A stretch of 52,771 bases of DNA from Nanobdellota archaeon (GTDB taxonomy: Archaea; Nanobdellota; Nanobdellia; SCGC-AAA011-G17; GW2011-AR18), in NCBI GenBank assembly GCA_038046085.1, contig JBBSWW010000020.1, positions 1 to 52,771 of the forward strand. Direction: 5' to 3'. Both the position numbers and the translations under genes were made by a program. This document shows positions 8,669-16,655 of the stretch, piece by piece (position 1 is the first letter of the stretch; every line of letters begins with the position of its first letter). The notes below the pieces were generated by a model, which saw only the letters and a program-made list of their open reading frames with translations, was not told the DNA's origin and searched no databases.

Positions 8669-9174
8669 AAAAAATAATACTTATATTTATTCTGTTATTG
8701 AACATCTCTATAGTCTCTGCAAGTGTAGGTATTGGTGTCTCTCCAGCTAAGCTTTCTGATACTATATTTACTGGCGATGTTAAGGAATATGAATACATTG
8801 TATATAATACTGGTGATATTAATGTTACAGCAAATATAGAAGTTGAGGGAGATTTGAGTGATTATGCTGATATATCTGATAAAAGTTTATTTTTGCTTCC
8901 TGAGCCTGAACCTCATAGGCTTCCTCCTGTTAATGGTAAGATTACAAAGATAAAGATTCATGCTCCTTTATTATTTAAAGAAAAAAATTACACTTCAAAG
9001 GTTGTTGTCTCTGTCAATCCAGGTTTTGGCGGTTTGATTACAACTGGTGCTGTTGCATCTAATATATTTATCACTGTTAAACCTAAATCTAGTTTTTATT
9101 TTAAGAATATTCTTTTAGCAATTATCATTATAATAATATTTTATCTTCTTCTTAAGAAAAGGAGTTCCAGATGA
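8665..9174 (+). CDS. membrane-anchored Ig-like accessory protein (paralogue of 8093..8668)
   Basis: The motif is SVGIGVSPAKL...YEYIVYNTGDINV...LLPEPEPHRLPPVNGK...GAVAS, followed by a C-terminal TM helix. ATGA overlaps join it to both neighbours. Confidence 0.55.
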   Translation: MKKIILIFILLLNISIVSASVGIGVSPAKLSDTIFTGDVKEYEYIVYNTGDINVTANIEVEGDLSDYADISDKSLFLLPEPEPHRLPPVNGKITKIKIHAPLLFKEKNYTSKVVVSVNPGFGGLITTGAVASNIFITVKPKSSFYFKNILLAIIIIIIFYLLLKKRSSR

Positions 9175-9722
9175 AGACATATTTGATGATCTCATTATTA
9201 GTATTGATGTTTATTTCATTGTTATTTTTTAATAAGTTCACAGGTTATGATTCTGCTCAGTTATCTAACCTTACTGCCAATATTGTTACAGCTATTGCTT
9301 GTACTTTTAGCAATGATGCTTTGAATGTTAGTTTTGGTGATGCTATAACATCGGGTTCTAATTATAATGCTTCTAAAAACTTTATGGACTTATATGGTAA
9401 TACTTGGTATAATATTACAATAGATATTACAAGCAGTAGTAATGTTAATGTCTCGATCAAAGGAACCGATTTTGTTTCAGGTAGTAATTCTGTTGGTGTT
9501 GGTAACGTATCATGGAGTAGTAATATAACATCTCCTAATGGAACTAATATGATCTTTCCAGGGGAAGCTAATATAAGTATATTATATAATTTAAATAATC
9601 TTATAGCATCAAATGCCCAATCAGGAAGTGTTGCCTATTATAGAATATGGCTTAGACTCCCTTCATTGACATCTGGTGGGCAATATTCAGGAACTTACAC
9701 ATTGAGGTGTACTGAATTATGA
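9171..9722 (+). CDS. secreted fibre-subunit-like protein (divergent third copy of the domain)
   Basis: After a signal peptide it reads NLTANIVTAIACTFSNDALNVSFGD...YYRIWLRLPSLTSGGQYSGTYTLRC. It shows the same start and end motifs and the same Cys pair as 7364..8089. Confidence 0.55.
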   Translation: MKTYLMISLLVLMFISLLFFNKFTGYDSAQLSNLTANIVTAIACTFSNDALNVSFGDAITSGSNYNASKNFMDLYGNTWYNITIDITSSSNVNVSIKGTDFVSGSNSVGVGNVSWSSNITSPNGTNMIFPGEANISILYNLNNLIASNAQSGSVAYYRIWLRLPSLTSGGQYSGTYTLRCTEL

Positions 9723-10654
9723 AAAAAATAATTATTTTATTATTAATCTTTATTATAATTGTCCCTGTTATTATAGGTGTTGATGCAGAAAGCAGTGGAA
9801 ATATTACATTCGGTGTTGTATCATCTACTACTTCAACTTCGTCTACTTCAGGTAGATCATCTGGCGGTGGTTCTGCTACCTCAAGTGAATCTTCTGACTT
9901 TGATGTTTATCCTGAGATTATAACTCTTGATTACTTCTCTCCTTCATCAAATAATATTTCATTTACAATAAAGAATAATGGTAATGCAAATATTCCAGTA
10001 TCTGTTGAGGTTTTAGGTATTGAAGAATTCTATTACTCATTAAATAGTAGTTTTTCAATAAGTCATTCATCATCTAAGAATCTCTCAATATCTTTTAATC
10101 CTATGAAAGGAACATCTAGTGGTGTATATGTTGGCAAGATAATTGTTAAGTCTGGTGAGAAGTTCAAGACTATTCTTCTTGTTATAAATTTCAGAGAAAG
10201 TTCTTTGCTTGATATTAATGTTAAGGTATTGCCTGATTATAAGTCTGTATATTCTGGCGATGATATCATCTCATCAGTTTTGTTACATAATTCTGGTACA
10301 AATTCAGGTCTTATTCATGCTGCTATTAATTTTACTGTTATTGATTTTGATAGGAATGTTCTTGTTGAATATTCAAAAGAAGAGGTTGATCTTGGTAAGG
10401 AATTATTTTTCACAAGGAAATTCTTTATACCTTCACACGCAGGTAATGGTAGATATATTATTGTAGGTGCTTTGTCTTATGGTAATTCTTCTGTATATTC
10501 TTATGATTATTTTGATGCTGTTAAAAAACCTGTTATAGAAATAGTGTCTGATTATAGTGTATTGCTTATTGTCATAGCTATAATGCTTGCCATAATTATT
10601 TATGAATTTATTTCACACAGGAATTATTCAAGAAATCTTTCTAAATTTAAATAA
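9719..10654 (+). CDS. membrane-anchored surface protein with a Ser/Thr-rich linker and two Ig-like domains
   Basis: It has a signal peptide, an SSTTSTSSTSGRSSGGGSATSSESS linker, an FTIKNNGNANIPVSVEV-type strand motif and a C-terminal TM helix. An ATGA overlap joins it to the upstream gene. Confidence 0.5.
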   Translation: MKKIIILLLIFIIIVPVIIGVDAESSGNITFGVVSSTTSTSSTSGRSSGGGSATSSESSDFDVYPEIITLDYFSPSSNNISFTIKNNGNANIPVSVEVLGIEEFYYSLNSSFSISHSSSKNLSISFNPMKGTSSGVYVGKIIVKSGEKFKTILLVINFRESSLLDINVKVLPDYKSVYSGDDIISSVLLHNSGTNSGLIHAAINFTVIDFDRNVLVEYSKEEVDLGKELFFTRKFFIPSHAGNGRYIIVGALSYGNSSVYSYDYFDAVKKPVIEIVSDYSVLLIVIAIMLAIIIYEFISHRNYSRNLSKFK

Positions 10655-10764
10655 TTGGTTTACTTCTCAGAGTTTGTTCATTCAGTCATTATCTCTTATC
10701 AGAGTTATATCATCATTGAAGTATATTTAGAATAGTTGATAGTTTTATATAATTAACTAAAGAC

Positions 10765-11638
10765 TTAACCATAAGTTTTTGGATGGAATTTTAGAGATTT
10801 TATTCTTCCATTTTCTAATATTAATAATGTATTGACCTGAGAGCCAAATCCTGCATTTATTACTGTTGTTTTTCCCAGCATTTCTTTATTGAAATGTTCA
10901 TGCATATGTCCACCTATACAGACTAACGGTTGATACTGTTCTATCATGTCTCTTGCTAATACTGAACCATAATGATATCCATATCTTGGTGATTCTTTAT
11001 TTGTTATCATATCTAATGAAGTATTATATGGGACATTGTGCGACATAAATATTACGGGTTTTCTTGCTCTATCAAATAATCTTGAAACATTTCTAGTTAA
11101 TTTATCATATCCTGCCTTAGCCTTTTCTAATTCTTTTTCTGTCATACTATCAATTACATCTTGATGTTGTGGATATTCTGGCCCTGATGTTCTCCCATGT
11201 CCAATAAATTCATAATTTCCAATATCAACTCTTCTCATATCAACATCTACAACATTTTTCAATCCTTTTTTTAATTTTGAATAATGATCTTGATTCAAGA
11301 AATCCCATTTTTCATTTCTTGATATCCATTCCCAATTTCCTGGTGTTATGTAAACTGGAACTCCAAATGAATCTAAAAATTCTAAAATTTCTCTTCCATC
11401 AGAAAGTGATTTCAAAACCATTTGTTTTGCTTTTTTTCTTTCCTACAATATCATACCATTGTAGTTTTGATTTTGGATCTTTAATTGATGCTTGTAATGA
11501 TTGGAATTTGTAAGTTCTTGTTTCATCACTGCAGAAATCTCCTGGAGCTATTATTGCATCAAACTCTTTGAAGTGTACTACAGGTTTGTTTCCGTGTAAG
11601 TCGCCTATAATCAAAAATTTCATATCATCTAATGCCAT
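10765..11638 (-). pseudogene. metallophosphoesterase split by a frameshift at an A7/T7 homopolymer
   Basis: ORF 11399..11638 carries the GDLHG and GD motifs. ORF 10765..11421 carries GNWEW (GNHE-like), SHNVP and GGHMHEH. Removing one base from the T7 run at 11431-11437 fuses the two frames. Confidence 0.7.
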
Positions 11639-11690
11639 TTTATTGTTAATAAATCTATTTGAATTAATAAAGAAATAATTATAAGTCTAA

Positions 11691-12230
11691 CTAAACAGCT
11701 TTCTCATCTATTCTTAACAAATATCCTAAATATTTTATAAAGAAATGTCCTACTACCCATATTATTGTTAAATAAATAAAGAATCTTAGTGATGGATAAT
11801 ATATTGGTAATACTATTATCCCCATCCCTATTGCTGATCCTATCTGGTCTATTATTGGTAATGTCTCTCCTGGTTTTACTCTCATTCTTCTTTTAACAAA
11901 ACTCCCTAATGAATCTCCAAACATTACAGCAATTCCAATTAAGAATCCAAATAATAATATATTAATCTCTTTATAATTTACTAAGCTTATTGCATTGAAT
12001 AAATAATTATTATGTAATAATCTTTGTATTATACTTATGACAATTGCTCCTATTACTGCAAATATTACTCCCCTGAATGTCTTATGATCTCCTAATATTC
12101 TTTTTTTATTAAATTTTTTCTTGAAATCTAATGGATACTCTAATATTTTAAAATGATTTTTTACAAACACAGGCATCATGTTAGCAACAGCAGCAGGTAT
12201 TAAGAAATATATTATTGATACTATATCCAT
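11691..12230 (-). CDS. carS: CDP-archaeol synthase (CDP-2,3-bis-O-geranylgeranyl-sn-glycerol synthase)
   Basis: KKRILGDHKTFRG, AVMFGDSLGSFVKRR and PIIDQI match the conserved CarS (DUF46) blocks. It is a multi-pass membrane protein. Confidence 0.85.
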   Translation of the reverse strand: MDIVSIIYFLIPAAVANMMPVFVKNHFKILEYPLDFKKKFNKKRILGDHKTFRGVIFAVIGAIVISIIQRLLHNNYLFNAISLVNYKEINILLFGFLIGIAVMFGDSLGSFVKRRMRVKPGETLPIIDQIGSAIGMGIIVLPIYYPSLRFFIYLTIIWVVGHFFIKYLGYLLRIDEKAV

Positions 12231-13262
12231 CTATTTTTCACCTAATTTTTTATCTATTATATTAAACAGTTCTTTATTTCCAGGTTTATAACTTTTTTTC
12301 TTGTAATTATCTAGATTATTTAAAAATCTTCTTAGATTTTCTTCTGTTAATTCTTTATAATTCTCGCCATAATTATTCTCTTTTACATATAAAGCATTTA
12401 GGTATTGTTCAAATTGTTTTTTTATTGGTATGACTAATATTGGTTTTTCTAAATATATTGCTTCACTTATTAAATTAATTCCTCCAGTAGTTATTACTGC
12501 TTTACATTCTTTTATATCTCTGTCAAAGTTTTCTTCTGAGAATTTCTTAAATGTTATATTTTTATCTTTTAATTCATCATTGAATCCATATACTATAAAC
12601 TCTTCTCCAAAATTTTTCAATTCTTCTAATATTTTTTTATTTTTTGTTATTGATAAATATATTAATACACTATTCCTTGTTTTTTTCTTGTTTTCTATTA
12701 AGCTTTTTCTTATTACTGGATCTATTCTGATTGCTTTAGATTTATTTTTTAATTTTTCTCCAGGAAATGTTAGTACTATATTCTCATCAGCTTTATTATA
12801 TTCTACTGCAAATTTTTTTGTTATATAATACTCAATTAATCTAATATTATCTATAGCATAGTCTCCTTCTGTTATATAATGTTCATTATCAAATGCTATG
12901 CTTCTTATTCCTTTTCTCATACTATAATTTAATGTTCCTGGTTCAAAATCTGATATAATTATTTCAGGATTAAATTTATCTATTTTTTTTATTGTTTCAT
13001 TATTTATATAATCTCTTTTTAAAAATATCTTATAATTTATAATAAAAGTTTTTATTACTGATACTGAATTATTATTGTTTAATGCAATTTGTAGTCCTTT
13101 AGCATAATATACATTTTCAAAATCTTTTTTTAAATAATCATAAGCACTCAATCCTCCAATTATGAACAATTCATGTTTCTTCTTCAATAAATATTCAATA
13201 AGTATCTTGCTTCTTGAGTAATGCCCAGCTCCTACTCCACAAACTCCATATAATATTCTCAT
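12231..13262 (-). CDS. glycosyltransferase (MJ1255/TIGR00661-like, GT-B fold)
   Basis: It has the N-terminal MRILYGVCGVGAGHYSRSKIL motif and a C-terminal TTGGINLISEA motif. It lies immediately upstream of carS with no gap. Confidence 0.65.
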   Translation of the reverse strand: MRILYGVCGVGAGHYSRSKILIEYLLKKKHELFIIGGLSAYDYLKKDFENVYYAKGLQIALNNNNSVSVIKTFIINYKIFLKRDYINNETIKKIDKFNPEIIISDFEPGTLNYSMRKGIRSIAFDNEHYITEGDYAIDNIRLIEYYITKKFAVEYNKADENIVLTFPGEKLKNKSKAIRIDPVIRKSLIENKKKTRNSVLIYLSITKNKKILEELKNFGEEFIVYGFNDELKDKNITFKKFSEENFDRDIKECKAVITTGGINLISEAIYLEKPILVIPIKKQFEQYLNALYVKENNYGENYKELTEENLRRFLNNLDNYKKKSYKPGNKELFNIIDKKLGEK

Positions 13263-14209
13263 TATCTATTCCTCTTCATCTCTTTTTTTAATATTTTATA
13301 TTCTTTTATTATAAGTTCTAGTGTGGGTCTTATATTGCCTTTATTTTGGTATTCTTGCAAAGTTCTATAGTACTCGCTTCTGTTGTTTAGTCCTATATTT
13401 ACAGGAGGGAATTTATGTTTTATTAATATATTATTCAATAACAATCTTCCCACTCTGCCATTACCGTCTTGGAACGGATGTATATTCTCAAATTGGTTAT
13501 GTACTACTGCGGCCAATAATATTGGATGATACTTGTTTTTGTGTTTGTTGTACCATTCTACAAGTTCATTTAATGATGTATTAATTCTATTTGAAGGTGC
13601 TCCTTTATGTATTACATTCCCATAACCATCTCTTATTACAACTTCAACATCTTTAGGTCTTAATTTTCCTGAAAAACTTTTGCTGTTTTTGAATACTATA
13701 TCGTGCAATTTTTTTATTAATTCTATTGATATATGTTCTTTGCACTCTCTGATATATTTTATTGCTTCAGCAACTCCATATGTCTCTGCTATATCCATTT
13801 TATTGATTTCATTTGGCCACTTATTTTCTTCGAGTATGTCTTCAACTTCTTTTTGATTTACTTTAGATCCTTCTATTGCATTAGTATTATATGTAAATAT
13901 CTCAGTAAATCTTTTCCAGTCATCTTCAGATAAATGGTCTATACTGATTATTTCATTAGGTTCTATTGATTCTAAGAATTTTAGTTCTTTGTCTGATAAT
14001 TCGTGTTTTAATGGATCTTTTGTTTTTTTATAAAATTCAATTTGATCTCTTATTAATACTTCAGCTCTTTTTCTTAAGTTTTCAAGTTCTGCTTCTGTTA
14101 AATCGCTTCCTAAATATCTTGCTATTTTTTTTACTTTTTTTCCCTCTCTAAAAGAGTGGTTTAAATAATATTTTTTCTTCTTTCCTTGTTTTTTTATTTC
14201 TATATTCAT
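13262..14209 (-). CDS. Fic-domain protein (class II, with an internal inhibitory motif)
   Basis: It has the Fic motif HPFQDGNGRVGR and an upstream TNAIEG that matches the (S/T)xxxE(G/N) inhibitory helix. Its stop overlaps the glycosyltransferase start (TAATG). Confidence 0.85.
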   Translation of the reverse strand: MNIEIKKQGKKKKYYLNHSFREGKKVKKIARYLGSDLTEAELENLRKRAEVLIRDQIEFYKKTKDPLKHELSDKELKFLESIEPNEIISIDHLSEDDWKRFTEIFTYNTNAIEGSKVNQKEVEDILEENKWPNEINKMDIAETYGVAEAIKYIRECKEHISIELIKKLHDIVFKNSKSFSGKLRPKDVEVVIRDGYGNVIHKGAPSNRINTSLNELVEWYNKHKNKYHPILLAAVVHNQFENIHPFQDGNGRVGRLLLNNILIKHKFPPVNIGLNNRSEYYRTLQEYQNKGNIRPTLELIIKEYKILKKEMKRNR

Positions 14210-14310
14210 TACAATATATTATAGGGGGCTACATTTATATAGTTTTCTACATTTAGGGGACTACATATTTATTTAGAAATATTTATTAAATCCGATAATT
14301 AAATTTTAGT

Positions 14311-14754
14311 ATGGAACCTTGGTATATATTTGCAGTTATCTGGGTGGCTATGATAGCACACTCTTTCTGGGAGGCATCTATTGAAGGATTGAATGCCTGG
14401 GATAAGAACAAATATGGCTGGAAATGGCAGATTCGTCATAATATATCTTTAACTAGGTATCATTTCTGGTTGTTCTTTGTTTACTTACCTTTGATTATAA
14501 TCTTATTGCCTATGGTAGTTGCAGGTTTTTCATTGAAACTATTCGGAATCCTATTATCAGCATACCTTTCAGGAATGGTTATTGAGGATTTCTTTTGGTT
14601 TGTTGTTAATACTGAAATAAGATTTAAGGAATCATGGAATCCTGAGTTTGCTTCTTATTATCCTTGGTTAGTATTAGGTAAATTTAGAATTCCTGTAATT
14701 TACATAGCAGGTATTGGTTTATCTTTAGTAGTATGGTTCTTGTTCGTACATTGA
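14311..14754 (+). CDS. integral membrane protein of unknown function
   Basis: The 147-aa product is Trp-rich with about four hydrophobic helices. I recognise no family. Confidence 0.4.
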   Translation: MEPWYIFAVIWVAMIAHSFWEASIEGLNAWDKNKYGWKWQIRHNISLTRYHFWLFFVYLPLIIILLPMVVAGFSLKLFGILLSAYLSGMVIEDFFWFVVNTEIRFKESWNPEFASYYPWLVLGKFRIPVIYIAGIGLSLVVWFLFVH

Positions 14755-14788
14755 TTTCTTAAAATTAAATAAGATTATACTTACATTA

Positions 14789-15448
14789 TCATCTTATCTT
14801 GTAGAATCTTTCAGCATATCTGCACTTTGCGTGGAATCCTGAAAAGAATGCTCTTATGATCACATGTGTAAATAATAAATAGATATACAATCTCTGGCTC
14901 TTGAACATCTGCATTGCACTTATTTTTTTCCAGAATGTCTTGCTTACATCTACATATATTCTTGGATGTGTCTCATTTACTACATTCCATATCTCAAATG
15001 CATAAAGGTTTATTGTCTTTTTCTTGTCTATTATATCCAATGCTTTTACAACAGATTGATGTACTCCTCTATGGTCTGGATGTGGATCTTGATTACTATG
15101 TGTTAGTATTGTCTTTGGTTTGTATTCATTTATTATCTTTGCAACTTGTAATATTACTTTTTTCTTTGCTGCCTGTTCAGTTATATCTCCGTCAGGTAAT
15201 CCTAGGAATAGTGTATCATTACATCCAAGATACTTGTCTATATTGACTGACTCATTTATTCTCTCTTCTACTAATGTACCTTTCTTGAGCCATGGTGAAC
15301 TTTTATCTCCATTAGCAAATATTACTACTACTACTCTCTTTCCCTCTTGTGAATATCTTGCTATTGTCGCACCCGCTCCAATAATTTGATCATCGCTGTG
15401 TGCCCCCATAACTAATATTGTTTCTGCCATATGTTTTATAATTATCAT
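14789..15448 (-). CDS. PIG-L/LmbE-family deacetylase
   Basis: It has VMGAHSDDQIIGAG (an AHPDD-like motif) and a later HPDH motif. The start may instead be the ATG at 15430 (MAETILV). Confidence 0.75.
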   Translation of the reverse strand: MIIIKHMAETILVMGAHSDDQIIGAGATIARYSQEGKRVVVVIFANGDKSSPWLKKGTLVEERINESVNIDKYLGCNDTLFLGLPDGDITEQAAKKKVILQVAKIINEYKPKTILTHSNQDPHPDHRGVHQSVVKALDIIDKKKTINLYAFEIWNVVNETHPRIYVDVSKTFWKKISAMQMFKSQRLYIYLLFTHVIIRAFFSGFHAKCRYAERFYKIR

Positions 15449-15653
15449 AGAACTTTTAAATACTGCGATTTCTTATAATAAAATGGAAAAAGTGATTAAT
15501 AAAATTAAGAAGAGAGATAAATAAGGAATTTTAACAATGTTAGCTTCAGAAGATATATTAAAGAAAGACTGGGATAATGAAGCTGACGATAGGTGGAATG
15601 AGTAATTTTTCTCTTTCAAAACCTTTATAAATATTCTCTCAAACCAACTTTTT

Positions 15654-15824
15654 ATGACAAAGGAATTAAAGTGCAATTCTTGCAATACAAGGCTTACTAA
15701 TCTTAATGGTTCTGTAGCTTTCAAATGCCCTAAATGTAACAAGCATGAGATTGTTAGATGTAATCATTGCAGGAAGATTGTTGCTAAGTATGAATGTGCT
15801 TGCGGATTTTCAGGACCTAATTAG
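15654..15824 (+). CDS. small Zn-ribbon protein (COG2888-like) upstream of aEF-1beta
   Basis: This 56-aa ORF is below the ORF-track cutoff: MTKELKCNSCNTRLTNLNGSVAFKCPKCNKHEIVRCNHCRKIVAKYECACGFSGPN. It has four CxxC-type pairs. TTTATAAATA (15624-15633) lies about 21 nt upstream. Adjacency to EF-1beta is conserved in archaea. Confidence 0.65.
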   Translation: MTKELKCNSCNTRLTNLNGSVAFKCPKCNKHEIVRCNHCRKIVAKYECACGFSGPN

Positions 15825-15833
15825 GAGTTTATC

Positions 15834-16106
15834 ATGGCTAAGATGTTTATAACTTTGAAGATTATGCCTGATGATCAGGAAACTAATCTTGAATCTATTA
15901 AGAGTTCAGTTGTTAAGATAATTACTGATTTTGGTGGCTCTTTCAAGGAAGATTCTCTAGAACCAGTTGCTTTTGGATTGAAAGCTTTGAAAATAATGTA
16001 TTTGATTGATGAATCCAAAGGTGTTGATGAACTTTGTGAGTTAATATCAGCAGTTGAAGGTGTTGGCAATGTTGAAGCTGTTGATATGAGAAGAGCTGTG
16101 GGATAA
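15834..16106 (+). CDS. ef1b: translation elongation factor aEF-1 beta
   Basis: The 90-aa product begins MAKMFITLKIMPDDQETNLE and ends VEAVDMRR, as is typical of archaeal EF-1beta. Confidence 0.85.
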   Translation: MAKMFITLKIMPDDQETNLESIKSSVVKIITDFGGSFKEDSLEPVAFGLKALKIMYLIDESKGVDELCELISAVEGVGNVEAVDMRRAVG

Positions 16107-16183
16107 GTTTTCTTATTTTTACACTGATTATTCCAAAAATTTCTGCATAAAGCTTATTAAAACAAAATATTTAATTATTATAT

Positions 16184-16357
16184 ATGTTTAAAAAAAAGAC
16201 TTTTTGGAATTTTATTGGTATTACACTATTTACTATTGGGTGTTTGTTGTTAGTAAACTTTGCTTTAAGATCGAGTCCTATTCCTTATGCGGTAATATCA
16301 GTATTAATAGCATTATCTGGAATGGCTTTAATAGCATGGTTATGGGATGATGATTGA
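16184..16357 (+). CDS. 57-aa two-TM membrane protein (module copy A, gene 1)
   Basis: This ORF is below the track cutoff: MFKKKTFWNFIGITLFTIGCLLLVNFALRSSPIPYAVISVLIALSGMALIAWLWDDD. Its TGA overlaps the ATG of the next gene by 1 nt. A paralogous 57-aa ORF lies at 24279..24452 on the - strand. Confidence 0.4.
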   Translation: MFKKKTFWNFIGITLFTIGCLLLVNFALRSSPIPYAVISVLIALSGMALIAWLWDDD

Positions 16358-16620
16358 TGGATATAAATATTAAGAAAAATATTCTGGATTTGAACTATCA
16401 GAAAAATTTGGTTATCATATCAACAGCTATTATAATAATATTAACTTATATCATTGGTGTTATGATAGCCTTTTTAAGCAATGCTATAGAATTGAGTTTT
16501 TTTAATATTATATATTTAATACTTTTCACTTCTATTATTATAGTCTCTTGTTTATTCTTTTTTATAAAATCTTTTAAAAAATTGAGAAGTATACCTAAAG
16601 AGATAGAAGCTCTTAATTAA
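16357..16620 (+). CDS. 87-aa membrane protein (module copy A, gene 2)
   Basis: The N-terminus MDINIKKNILDLNYQKNL is followed by two TM helices and a C-terminal KLRSIPKEIEALN. It is a paralogue of 24013..24279. Confidence 0.45.
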   Translation: MDINIKKNILDLNYQKNLVIISTAIIIILTYIIGVMIAFLSNAIELSFFNIIYLILFTSIIIVSCLFFFIKSFKKLRSIPKEIEALN

Positions 16621-16655
16621 TAACTTTTATTAACCTTTAATTCTATATATATTTC

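Noticed and set aside
15473-15742. An 89-aa minus-strand ORF in the ORF track.
   Set aside because: It lies antisense to a 56-aa Zn-ribbon gene that has a TATA box, four CxxC pairs and conserved synteny with EF-1beta. The antisense translation is featureless.
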